Below are positions 8,210 through 15,670 of a DNA stretch of 15,670 nucleotides, in pieces; within the stretch, counting starts at the first letter, position 1; each line of letters opens with the position of its first letter. This stretch comes from Calditrichaceae bacterium (GTDB taxonomy: Bacteria; Calditrichota; Calditrichia; Calditrichales; JBFXGD01). The position numbers and the translations under genes are program-made. The notes under the pieces are model-generated. The model ran no database searches and was not told where the DNA came from. It was given only the letters and a program-made list of their open reading frames with translations. The DNA is taken from NCBI GenBank assembly GCA_050178385.1, contig JBFXGD010000074.1, positions 1 to 15,670 on the forward strand, in the 5' to 3' direction.

Positions 8210-9298
8210 CTAAAACTTCCCATTTTCAGTGTCAGTATTAATCTCAAAGCTAAGTACATTGCCCTGATCTTCATCCGTCTCTATCAATAAAAATGACCCG
8301 TGTTTTTCTATAATTCTCATCGCGATTAACAAATCCTTGTAAGAAACAACATGATTATCCGAAATTTTCGGAGTTATGATAGATTTCAGATCTTCTTTTA
8401 TTGTGTCCTTTATAAAAACCTGTATTTTTTGCTGTCCGGCGGCACCCTTAGTGCTAACGGTTATATGAATTTTCCCCTTGCCACCCATGGCTTTTAGGCG
8501 ATTTACAACTATATTTTTTAATGCAAGTTCCATTTCCCGCTTATTAATCATCGCAGGAGGCAGTTTTGCTTGTATTTCTCTTGTTAATGTGGCTCCTTCG
8601 GTCAATTCATCCTTGATTTGAGTAATAATCCTGGTTAAAAAATCATCAAAATCACAGGCTGAGTAATTATTTTTAGTCGTATTTGAAAGCATTGACAATA
8701 TGTTTGCAAATTTTTTTATATCATCTATCGCTTCCAGGGCTGGTTGAACATATTCGTCAATTTCACTACGCGAAGATTTCGCCACGTCGTCATTTTCATC
8801 CCGCGATAACTTAAGATTCTGCAAAGATATCAGTGCCGTTGAAAGAGGTGACTTTAAATCATGAATTAATTTATGAATCACCTCAAAATATATATCGTCA
8901 AATTTTGACTGCTGTAAGATCAGTTTTACCAAAAAACAGCGATTCCGGATTCCAAATGTTACGGATTGAATATTCACAAAAAAATTCAGCGATTCATTCC
9001 CGTTGAAAAAATTCCAGTATGCGGTATTGGAATGATCTGACTTAATGGACTCATTAATAACTTTTGCCAGACCAATAAATTTATCTGACTTAAAGATATC
9101 TGAATCTGGACCATCAGGATTCAGAGTTTTTATGAAAATATCATTCACCGCTAAAATTTTAAGAGTATCTGAGATGCATAACGCCGGTTCAGACTGACTG
9201 AATGCCAGTTTTCCTGTCATTATTTTCGGTACAATAAGAATAAAAATCAAAAACAATCCGGTAACCAGGATAAATGAGATTAGTAAATAAATTACCAT
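8210..9298 (-). CDS. Membrane-anchored histidine-kinase-like protein (TM, PAS-like, HisKA, degenerate HATPase_c); probable pseudo-kinase
   Basis: N-terminal TM helix; PAS-like start (ALCISDTLKILAVNDIF); H-box IHDLKSPL; N-box-like ALKNIVVNRLKAM; the G1 position reads KDTIKEDL and the G2 position SYKDLLIAMRIIEKHGS. Its stop is 2 nt before the regulator ATG (TAGGAATG). The start is ATG 9298 or TTG 9310. Confidence 0.82.
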   Translation of the reverse strand: MVIYLLISFILVTGLFLIFILIVPKIMTGKLAFSQSEPALCISDTLKILAVNDIFIKTLNPDGPDSDIFKSDKFIGLAKVINESIKSDHSNTAYWNFFNGNESLNFFVNIQSVTFGIRNRCFLVKLILQQSKFDDIYFEVIHKLIHDLKSPLSTALISLQNLKLSRDENDDVAKSSRSEIDEYVQPALEAIDDIKKFANILSMLSNTTKNNYSACDFDDFLTRIITQIKDELTEGATLTREIQAKLPPAMINKREMELALKNIVVNRLKAMGGKGKIHITVSTKGAAGQQKIQVFIKDTIKEDLKSIITPKISDNHVVSYKDLLIAMRIIEKHGSFLLIETDEDQGNVLSFEINTDTENGKF

Positions 9299-9678
9299 CT
9301 TATATACCAACCGAATATAAGTATGAAAATTCTAAAATTCATTTCAGATCCCAAAATCCATTTTGAGAAACAGATAATTTCAATCCAATCCATTTGGACA
9401 TAAATCTATTAACTGTCAACAGCCGGTTTGTCTCTCTGAATTATGTATCTAATTACCGAGAGGCAAGCAAATTGAATTAATGTAAGTAAAACTAACCTAT
9501 TTAGTCAAGCCTATTCAAAAGTTCTCAACCAAATTACGTTATTTTTTTGCATGATTATCCTTTTATACTGTTTAATATCAGCATAGATTGATCTACATTT
9601 ATTTTATACATTTTATTGAAAGTAATTTTAATAGTATTAAATTATATGAGTATTAAATAATCACGAGCCTGGCTGCTG

Positions 9679-10425
9679 ATGGATATATTGCACACACTTT
9701 TGCTTTTTGTCGTTGGACTGATTGCCGGATTTATGAATGTCTTCGCCGGTGGAGGATCCACTCTCACTTTACCCGCGCTTATTTTTCTGGGACTTGACAG
9801 CGCTTCAGCAAACGGGACCAACAGAATTGCCATCATTATTCAAAATATTTTTGCCATGTGGGGATTTCAGCAGGAAAAAGTTAATCATCTTAAGCAAAGC
9901 TTTTTACTTGCGGTTTTCACTCTGCCCGGGGCAGTTTTGGGAGCCATTTTAGCTGTACGAATTAGTGATTTGTGGTTTCAGAGGATACTGGGCGTCATTA
10001 TGATATTAATCATAGTTACTATGTTTTTTCCACAGTCCAGGAATGTAACAGATACCGGAAACAATGGTGACAGAAAACCCATGCTCATTTATCCGGCACT
10101 TTTTGGAATAGGGTTCTATGGAGGGTTTATACAAGTAGGTGTGGGATTTTTATTGATGGCGGCTTTATATCATATTCTAAAAATCGGGCTGGTAAAAGTA
10201 AATGTGCATAAGGTGGCAATTATTTTTTTATATACAATACCTGCGATCATGATTTTTATCGTTACCGGTAATATAAACTGGGAGCTTGGTCTGTCTCTCG
10301 CCGCGGGAAACGGAGCCGGCGGATGGCTGGCTGCCCGAATTTCCGTTAAGGGCGGGGAAAAGATAATCCGTTATACTCTGGCGCTTACTATATTAGTAAT
10401 GGCCGTAAAATTATTTCGCTTCTAA
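9679..10425 (+). CDS. Sulfite exporter TauE/SafE (TSUP) family membrane protein
   Basis: About 8 TM helices with the internally repeated motifs AGFMNVFAGGGSTLTLPALI..ANGTN and GFYGGFIQVGVGFLL; 248 aa is typical of the family. Confidence 0.92.
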   Translation: MDILHTLLLFVVGLIAGFMNVFAGGGSTLTLPALIFLGLDSASANGTNRIAIIIQNIFAMWGFQQEKVNHLKQSFLLAVFTLPGAVLGAILAVRISDLWFQRILGVIMILIIVTMFFPQSRNVTDTGNNGDRKPMLIYPALFGIGFYGGFIQVGVGFLLMAALYHILKIGLVKVNVHKVAIIFLYTIPAIMIFIVTGNINWELGLSLAAGNGAGGWLAARISVKGGEKIIRYTLALTILVMAVKLFRF

Positions 10426-10442
10426 TTGATGGACAGATCCCG

Positions 10443-12152
10443 TCAACAAACGGATGCTTCGCTTCCCGGGTAATCCGGGACATACATTGCTCTTTTGATT
10501 TTATTAGTCGGCGTTTTCAAAAACGGCTCGGTCTGTTCGATCACTTTTTGTATTCTTGAAGCAGGAGGAAGCTGCGCGTTTGTTTCTACTTTTATTTTCT
10601 CAAGAACAATCTCGATTTCATTAGCTATAACCGACTGTTCCGTTTCTGAATTTTGCATATTATTATAGTCAGGGTAAATCCGGGCGGTCAATCTGTTGTT
10701 GAGCATGTAAACAAGCGCTTCTTCAACATAATCGGATTCTTTTAGTTTATTTTCGATCACTTCAGGATAAATATTTTCGCCGGATGAACCGACAATTACA
10801 TTCTTGGATCTTCCCTTGATAAAAAGAAATCCATCGTTATCCAGATAGCCTCTGTCCCCCGTTATAAACCAGCCGTCTTTGGTGAAAACCTTTTTCGTTT
10901 CCGCTTCATTTTTATAATAACCCAGCATAACGTTCGGACCGGATACATAAATCTCACCAATACCGGTCATCGGATCCGGATCCATAATTTTAATTTTTAC
11001 TCCGGTAATCGCGTGCCCAACGGATTCAATTTTCGCGGCCTCCATCGAAGAGAATGTAACCAAAGGCGAACACTCGCTTAACCCATAACCGGCAGCATAT
11101 GGAATACCTCCCGCTCTCAAAAATATTTCTACCTCGCGGTTCAGACTCGCGCCTCCGATAATCGCGCATTTTAGTCTTCCGCCGAATGCCTTGTTTATTT
11201 TTTTCCCGACTAATTTATAAACCAGTTTTCGGCCAATGTAAGAGGCGGATAGCAGTTTTAAAATTTTTTTCTCTGTTATAACCGGCAGGATTTGTTTATG
11301 GTATATCTTTTCAAAAACAAGGGGTACCGCCCCGATAATATTAGGCCGTACTTTCTGCATGGCATTCATCAACACTTTTGGAGAGGGTTTCTGATTCAGA
11401 TAGAAAATGCTCGATCCGCAGTAAATAATCGACAGAAAGGCAGATGTGGAGCCGAAAGCATGGGCCATCGGAAGAATTGTCAGAACAACACTTTTTTCAT
11501 TAATCACCCCCAGGAGATCCGGTCCTTCAAAAAGGTTGCTGACAAGATTTTTGTGCGTAAGCATAACTCCCTTAGACTGACCTGTTGTTCCGGATGTATA
11601 CAGAATCTCGGCAAGATCGTTTTCGTGGATTTCCACTTTTTTGCTTTCAGGATTTTTATCCAGGGATTTGATGATTTTTTTCGGTAGATTTTGGATATGT
11701 TCCCAGATATTCTTGTGTTCCCCCTTGTCCGGCAACGGCATAAAATCACTCAGACTAAGGACAACTTTCATTTTTGTGACCGATGGAATATCCATCGACT
11801 GAAAAATAAATTCGGAAATAAATATCCCGGTAGCTTCAGAATGCTTGAGTATGTTTTCGATATCAGCTTCAGGAAATTCATCCATAACAGGTACAGCAAC
11901 GCATCCCAGAGTGGTAACCGCCATAAAAGCGATTGCCCAGTTTGGCGTAGAATTTCCGAGGATAACAATTTTGTCATTCTTTTTTAACCCGATTCTGGTC
12001 AAATAGAATTTTAATTGCTCAACTTTGTGCCCGAATTCAGCATAAGTGATTGGTTTTTCACCCACGAGGGCGAGCGATGGCCGGTCTGGATATTTCTGAA
12101 CAACTTTCTCAAAAAACAGATCCAGTGTATACTGCGACAATCCAAATTTCAT
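10443..12152 (-). CDS. AMP-dependent synthetase, long-chain fatty acid--CoA ligase (FadD-like)
   Basis: ILYTSGTTGQSKG P-loop, LPMAH, GYGLSE, GPNVMLGYY, TGDRG, IKGRSKNVI..GENIYPE and the C-terminal catalytic Lys (TPTNKIKR). AAGGA SD upstream. Confidence 0.93.
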   Translation of the reverse strand: MKFGLSQYTLDLFFEKVVQKYPDRPSLALVGEKPITYAEFGHKVEQLKFYLTRIGLKKNDKIVILGNSTPNWAIAFMAVTTLGCVAVPVMDEFPEADIENILKHSEATGIFISEFIFQSMDIPSVTKMKVVLSLSDFMPLPDKGEHKNIWEHIQNLPKKIIKSLDKNPESKKVEIHENDLAEILYTSGTTGQSKGVMLTHKNLVSNLFEGPDLLGVINEKSVVLTILPMAHAFGSTSAFLSIIYCGSSIFYLNQKPSPKVLMNAMQKVRPNIIGAVPLVFEKIYHKQILPVITEKKILKLLSASYIGRKLVYKLVGKKINKAFGGRLKCAIIGGASLNREVEIFLRAGGIPYAAGYGLSECSPLVTFSSMEAAKIESVGHAITGVKIKIMDPDPMTGIGEIYVSGPNVMLGYYKNEAETKKVFTKDGWFITGDRGYLDNDGFLFIKGRSKNVIVGSSGENIYPEVIENKLKESDYVEEALVYMLNNRLTARIYPDYNNMQNSETEQSVIANEIEIVLEKIKVETNAQLPPASRIQKVIEQTEPFLKTPTNKIKRAMYVPDYPGSEASVC

Positions 12153-12245
12153 TCAGGAAGTCCTTTAATTTTTCGTGTTCAATATGTGTTTCTGTTCCAT
12201 TTTCTTATTAAAATCGCTGCTTTTATGACGACTTGCCTTCACAGA

Positions 12246-12791
12246 TCAACGTATAGGATTAGACGCCTGAAAATCCGCCAGCATTTTTTGCAAATTTGGG
12301 TTCGCCGATAAAAGGCGATATTCCAACAATTTTATTACAGTAAGGAAATCGCGCCATTCAGATATAAAACTTTCCGGCCCGCTGAATATCTGGCTCGCTT
12401 CATGAAGAGTCGCTTTGAAATAATCAGAAAAACTCATGTTTTCAAGTTCGTCCGTCAGAGCGTTGATTATTTTTAAAAATTTTTTACCTCCCAGCCAGAC
12501 TCCGGCGCAATTCTGACAGTAGTCAATTTCGATTCCGGTATCCCTGTAATCGATGCTGACCATTTTAGAACTGCAAAAAGGACATGACAGGGGATTTTCC
12601 AGGATATTGAATTTATCGGGATGTTTCCAAAGTTCAAAATCCATCCAGTTCAAATCCGGATCAATTTGTTCCCTCGCCATCCTCAGTTGTTCTTCTTCAA
12701 ACCACGTCCCGTTGCATTTTGGACATTCCTTTATTTTGACGGAACCGACGATGCAATTCTGCATCTTTTTATTGCATTCAGGACAATCCAT
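12246..12791 (-). CDS. Protein with two tandem zf-TFIIB-type zinc ribbons and a helical C-terminal domain; function unknown
   Basis: CPEC...CPKCNGTWFEEEQL and CPFC...IEIDYCQNCAGVWL repeats match the bacterial zf-TFIIB pattern. GAGG SD upstream. Confidence 0.85.
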   Translation of the reverse strand: MDCPECNKKMQNCIVGSVKIKECPKCNGTWFEEEQLRMAREQIDPDLNWMDFELWKHPDKFNILENPLSCPFCSSKMVSIDYRDTGIEIDYCQNCAGVWLGGKKFLKIINALTDELENMSFSDYFKATLHEASQIFSGPESFISEWRDFLTVIKLLEYRLLSANPNLQKMLADFQASNPIR

Positions 12792-13061
12792 TTTATTTGC
12801 CTCACTTCTTATGGATGAGATTAAGTTTTATTTATCTGCATCTAATATTAAAACTCAATATTCCAAAAAGATGAACCGCGCGCTTATGCTCATTGCTGGT
12901 TAGTCCAATCAGATCATTTTATCTGATCCGCGATTAAACCGGACTGACTGTATACAACTGATTTAATACTACAATATAAATAAATTCAAATACAGAGAAA
13001 ATTAAAAAATTTACATCTGTCAGAGTTAATCCGAACGAAAGAAAGAAATAAACGAATAAGA

Positions 13062-14831
13062 TTATATTGGAAGAGATATTGAAAATGTGCTTCCGCGTCC
13101 CGGCTGACTGATTACCGAAACCTTACCGTTATGAAGCTGCACAATATGTTTCGTAATTGCGAGGCCTAATCCTGTACCTCCCATTTTTCGGCTTCGGGCT
13201 TTATCAACTCTATAAAATCTCTCAAAAATGCGCGCCAAATGCTCTTCGGCAATTCCAACACCATCATCCTTAACTTCAATGATTGCATTGTCTTTCACAC
13301 GTCGGCATGTGATACGCACCGCGCCTTTCGCAGGGCTGTATTTTATCGCGTTATCCAGTAAATTGATAATTGCTTCCTCGATCAACGCGTCATTGATTCT
13401 CGCGTTTAAACCGGCAGAACAATCTGCCACAATTGAAATATCTTTATTAACAGCGGATGGTTCACAAATCTGAACGGCAGCTTGCACCACATCCGCAACT
13501 TTTTTCACTTCAAAGACAATATTTTCTTTTTCTCCGTCACTCTCGAGACGGGAGAGGGTCAGTAAATCATCGATAATGGAATTTAATCGGTCTGTTTGCC
13601 TGGAAATGATATCCAGAAACTTTCCTGCTCTCTCAGGTTCATGAATAGCTCCATCAGCTAATGCTTCAACAAACCCTTTTATAGACGTAAGAGGCGTGCG
13701 AATTTCATGAGACGCGTTTGCGACAAAATCTTTTCTGCCGTTTTCAAGCCTGCGCAAGCGTGTGACATCATTCAATACAATTAATGCGCCGATCGTTTCG
13801 TTTTTTTCATTTTGCAGCGCCGTACCATGGACCTGCACAAAAAAATCTCCCTGATTATGAAGAATGATTTCCGCTTCCTGCCTTTCATCCGATTCCAGTG
13901 TAGCGGTTACAATATTTTGTAAACCCGTATTTCTGATCAATTCATGTATATCACGGCCGCGAACACTTTTGGGATCGATTCCCAGGATTTTGGCGGCTCC
14001 CTTGTTCATATTCATCACCCGTTCATTCCGGTCTACCGCAAAAACACCCTCCGCCATGCTTTGAAGCACAGCTTGCTGCTCATTGCTTTGGGTAATAATA
14101 GTTTTCATTTTTTCATCTAACTGAGCGGCCATGGTATTGAGTTCATCCGTAAGCTTGCTTAACTCATATGATTTTGGCTCGGGCAGTCTGAATTCAAGAT
14201 TGCCTTTTGCAAAATGTTCAACTCCCCTGGTCATTTCTTCAACGGGCGCACTGATTTTTCTCGCGATCAAAAGGCTGATAAAAGTGGTAATAAACGCGAT
14301 AAGCAAACCGGAAAACGCGATTTTTTTCTGGATTTCAATGAGCGCGTTTTCTATAGAAGTCAAATGTGCAGAAACACGGACCAGGGCGATTGTTTGATTC
14401 TCCCGTTTTACGGGAATGGCAACATACATCAGATTCGCGTCAAGAGTATAGCTGAATCTTATTGATGATCCTGAATTACCTGCCAGCGCCTGTTTTATCT
14501 CCGGCCTGTCCATGTGATTATCCATGATTTCAGGATCCTCATCAGAATCCGCTATCACTTTGCCATTCGGAAGAATCACCGTAATACGCGTACCTGTTTT
14601 CCTTCCAAGTGACCTGATCGTTGACTCAAGCGCCCCTCTTTCTCCAAGCTCCAAAAGCGAATTAACCGTCGGTTCCAGCATAACAGCTTCAGATTTCAAA
14701 TCCAAAGAGGCTTGCCTAAAATAAAAATTGCGGGTGAGATGTGATGCATACCAGGTCACTGCCGCAAGTCCAATGATCAAAATCAAAAAGAACGAGGGGA
14801 AAATCTGCCACAGGAGTCTCTTCTTACGCAT
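13062..14831 (-). CDS. phoR: Phosphate regulon sensor histidine kinase PhoR-like (TM, sensor domain, TM, HAMP, PAS, HisKA, HATPase)
   Basis: MDNHMDRPEIKQAL extracytoplasmic motif, DVTRLRRLENGRKDFVANASHEIRTPLTSIKG, NLLDNAIKY, DDGVGI and IFERFYRVDKARSRKMGGTGLGLAI. Starts 3 nt downstream of the regulator stop. Confidence 0.9.
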   Translation of the reverse strand: MRKKRLLWQIFPSFFLILIIGLAAVTWYASHLTRNFYFRQASLDLKSEAVMLEPTVNSLLELGERGALESTIRSLGRKTGTRITVILPNGKVIADSDEDPEIMDNHMDRPEIKQALAGNSGSSIRFSYTLDANLMYVAIPVKRENQTIALVRVSAHLTSIENALIEIQKKIAFSGLLIAFITTFISLLIARKISAPVEEMTRGVEHFAKGNLEFRLPEPKSYELSKLTDELNTMAAQLDEKMKTIITQSNEQQAVLQSMAEGVFAVDRNERVMNMNKGAAKILGIDPKSVRGRDIHELIRNTGLQNIVTATLESDERQEAEIILHNQGDFFVQVHGTALQNEKNETIGALIVLNDVTRLRRLENGRKDFVANASHEIRTPLTSIKGFVEALADGAIHEPERAGKFLDIISRQTDRLNSIIDDLLTLSRLESDGEKENIVFEVKKVADVVQAAVQICEPSAVNKDISIVADCSAGLNARINDALIEEAIINLLDNAIKYSPAKGAVRITCRRVKDNAIIEVKDDGVGIAEEHLARIFERFYRVDKARSRKMGGTGLGLAITKHIVQLHNGKVSVISQPGRGSTFSISLPI

Positions 14832-14834
14832 TAT

Positions 14835-15521
14835 TTATTCCTTGAATTTGTAACCAACGCCTCTTACAGTCTCAATATAATCACCGAATCTACCCAGTTT
14901 TTTTCTTAAGCCCACAACCTGCACATCAATCGCTCTCTCCGTAACGGGATAATCTTCTCCTCTGAGAGCGTCAACAATTTGATAGCGGGTAAATACCCAG
15001 CCCGGACGTCCTGCCAGAAATTGCAGCAAACGGAACTCGCTGTAAGTTAAATCAAGCGATTCGCCATCCAGAATGACCTCGTGTCTGCCGGGATGGATGA
15101 TCAGGTTATGAATCTGAAGTACATCGTCTTCATTTGTCAATTTTTGATTCTTGCGCCGTAAAACAGCTTTAATACGGGCCGTCAGAACCTTCGCGCTAAA
15201 CGGTTTAATCACATAATCATCCGCGCCCAGTTCCAGCCCTTTTACGATATCCGCCTCATCACCTTTGGCGGTCAACATTATGATTGGAATTTCTGTCTGA
15301 GCCTGATTTTGTTTTATCACCCGGCAGACTTCCAACCCATCCATTCCCGGAAGCATAATATCCAGAAGGATAAGATCCGGGTGTTTTTGTTTGAGCGCCT
15401 TTACAATCTCTTCACCGTTGGTAAAACGCGTGATTTTGTAGCCTTCTTTTGAAAGAAAATACTCGATAAGATCAAGAATATCTTCTTCATCATCAACCGC
15501 GTAAATTTTTTCTCCGGCCAT
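14835..15521 (-). CDS. phoB: OmpR/PhoB-family response regulator (PhoB/PhoP-like)
   Basis: VDDE, LLDIMLPGMDG, MLTAKG, GADDYVIKPF; winged helix with ERAIDVQVVGLRKKL..IETVRGVGYKF. I prefer ATG 15521 over GTG 15527 because GGAG is 5 nt upstream of the ATG and overlaps the GTG. Confidence 0.9.
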   Translation of the reverse strand: MAGEKIYAVDDEEDILDLIEYFLSKEGYKITRFTNGEEIVKALKQKHPDLILLDIMLPGMDGLEVCRVIKQNQAQTEIPIIMLTAKGDEADIVKGLELGADDYVIKPFSAKVLTARIKAVLRRKNQKLTNEDDVLQIHNLIIHPGRHEVILDGESLDLTYSEFRLLQFLAGRPGWVFTRYQIVDALRGEDYPVTERAIDVQVVGLRKKLGRFGDYIETVRGVGYKFKE

Positions 15522-15573
15522 TTTCACTCCATAATTCTTACTTTTATCATAAATACGAAAGACAATATGAGCA

Positions 15574-15606
15574 AGAATTATTAAATTTATGTTAGAATTG
15601 GGTTAA
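15574..15606 (-). promoter_or_regulatory. Pho-box-like triple direct repeat with 11-bp period upstream of phoB
   Basis: The - strand reads TTAACCCAATT CTAACATAAAT TTAATAATTCT: three YTAAY cores exactly 11 bp apart, about 50-85 nt upstream of the start codon. This is the architecture of OmpR/PhoB binding sites. Confidence 0.5.
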
Positions 15607-15670
15607 TTACTGATGTGACAACAAATATATGACATTCGAATTTAATCGAGTATTACAGTTACTAATCAGC

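Noticed and set aside
9461..9476. Sigma54 -24/-12-like sequence AGGCAAGCAAATTGAA upstream of the TSUP gene
   Set aside because: Spacing is right, but the -12 element is GA instead of the near-invariant GC, and TGGCAC is only partly matched.
9584..9601. TAGAT-TG-ATCTA palindrome / FNR-like TTGAT-N4-ATTTA
   Set aside because: Short, in a very AT-rich region, and the second FNR half-site has two mismatches.
11292..14724. Numerous 65-131 aa alternative ORFs over the acyl-CoA ligase, zinc-ribbon and phoR genes
   Set aside because: Shadow ORFs overlapping strongly supported CDSs.
15616..15634. Two TGTCA (E. coli Pho-box half-sites) on the - strand
   Set aside because: They are 14 bp apart rather than 11 bp.
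1..15670. CRISPR arrays, tRNA/rRNA, transposases/integrases, known defence systems
   Set aside because: No regularly spaced repeats, RNA-gene signatures or recombinase motifs were seen. The SMC-like gene lacks the partner genes of Wadjet/Lamassu-type systems.

Overview
Ordinary-looking bacterial chromosomal window with no RNA genes, CRISPR array or mobile element that I can detect. Left, on the - strand: the 5' part of an Alternative Complex III respiratory locus (ctaB/cyoE heme o synthase, pentaheme actA, and a Tat/lipoprotein actB that runs off the window and is missing from the ORF track), preceded by a PPi-dependent phosphofructokinase with a clear intrinsic terminator. Middle: a visibly AT-richer block of divergent genes. 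It holds (i) a ~590-codon SMC/Rad50/YhaN-like, membrane-anchored coiled-coil gene with a destroyed Walker A motif, interrupted by one in-frame TAA, and (ii) a histidine-kinase-like protein that keeps its phospho-His but has lost the ATP-binding G1/G2 glycines, translationally coupled to an apparently intact sigma54 (NtrC-type) activator. Right: a TauE/SafE transporter, a long-chain acyl-CoA synthetase, a double zinc-ribbon protein and a phoB-phoR pair with a Pho-box-like 11-bp repeat. The pseudo-kinase/sigma54 pair and the ATPase-dead SMC-like gene are the best candidates for something undescribed. All calls come from motif recognition by eye, with no database searches.
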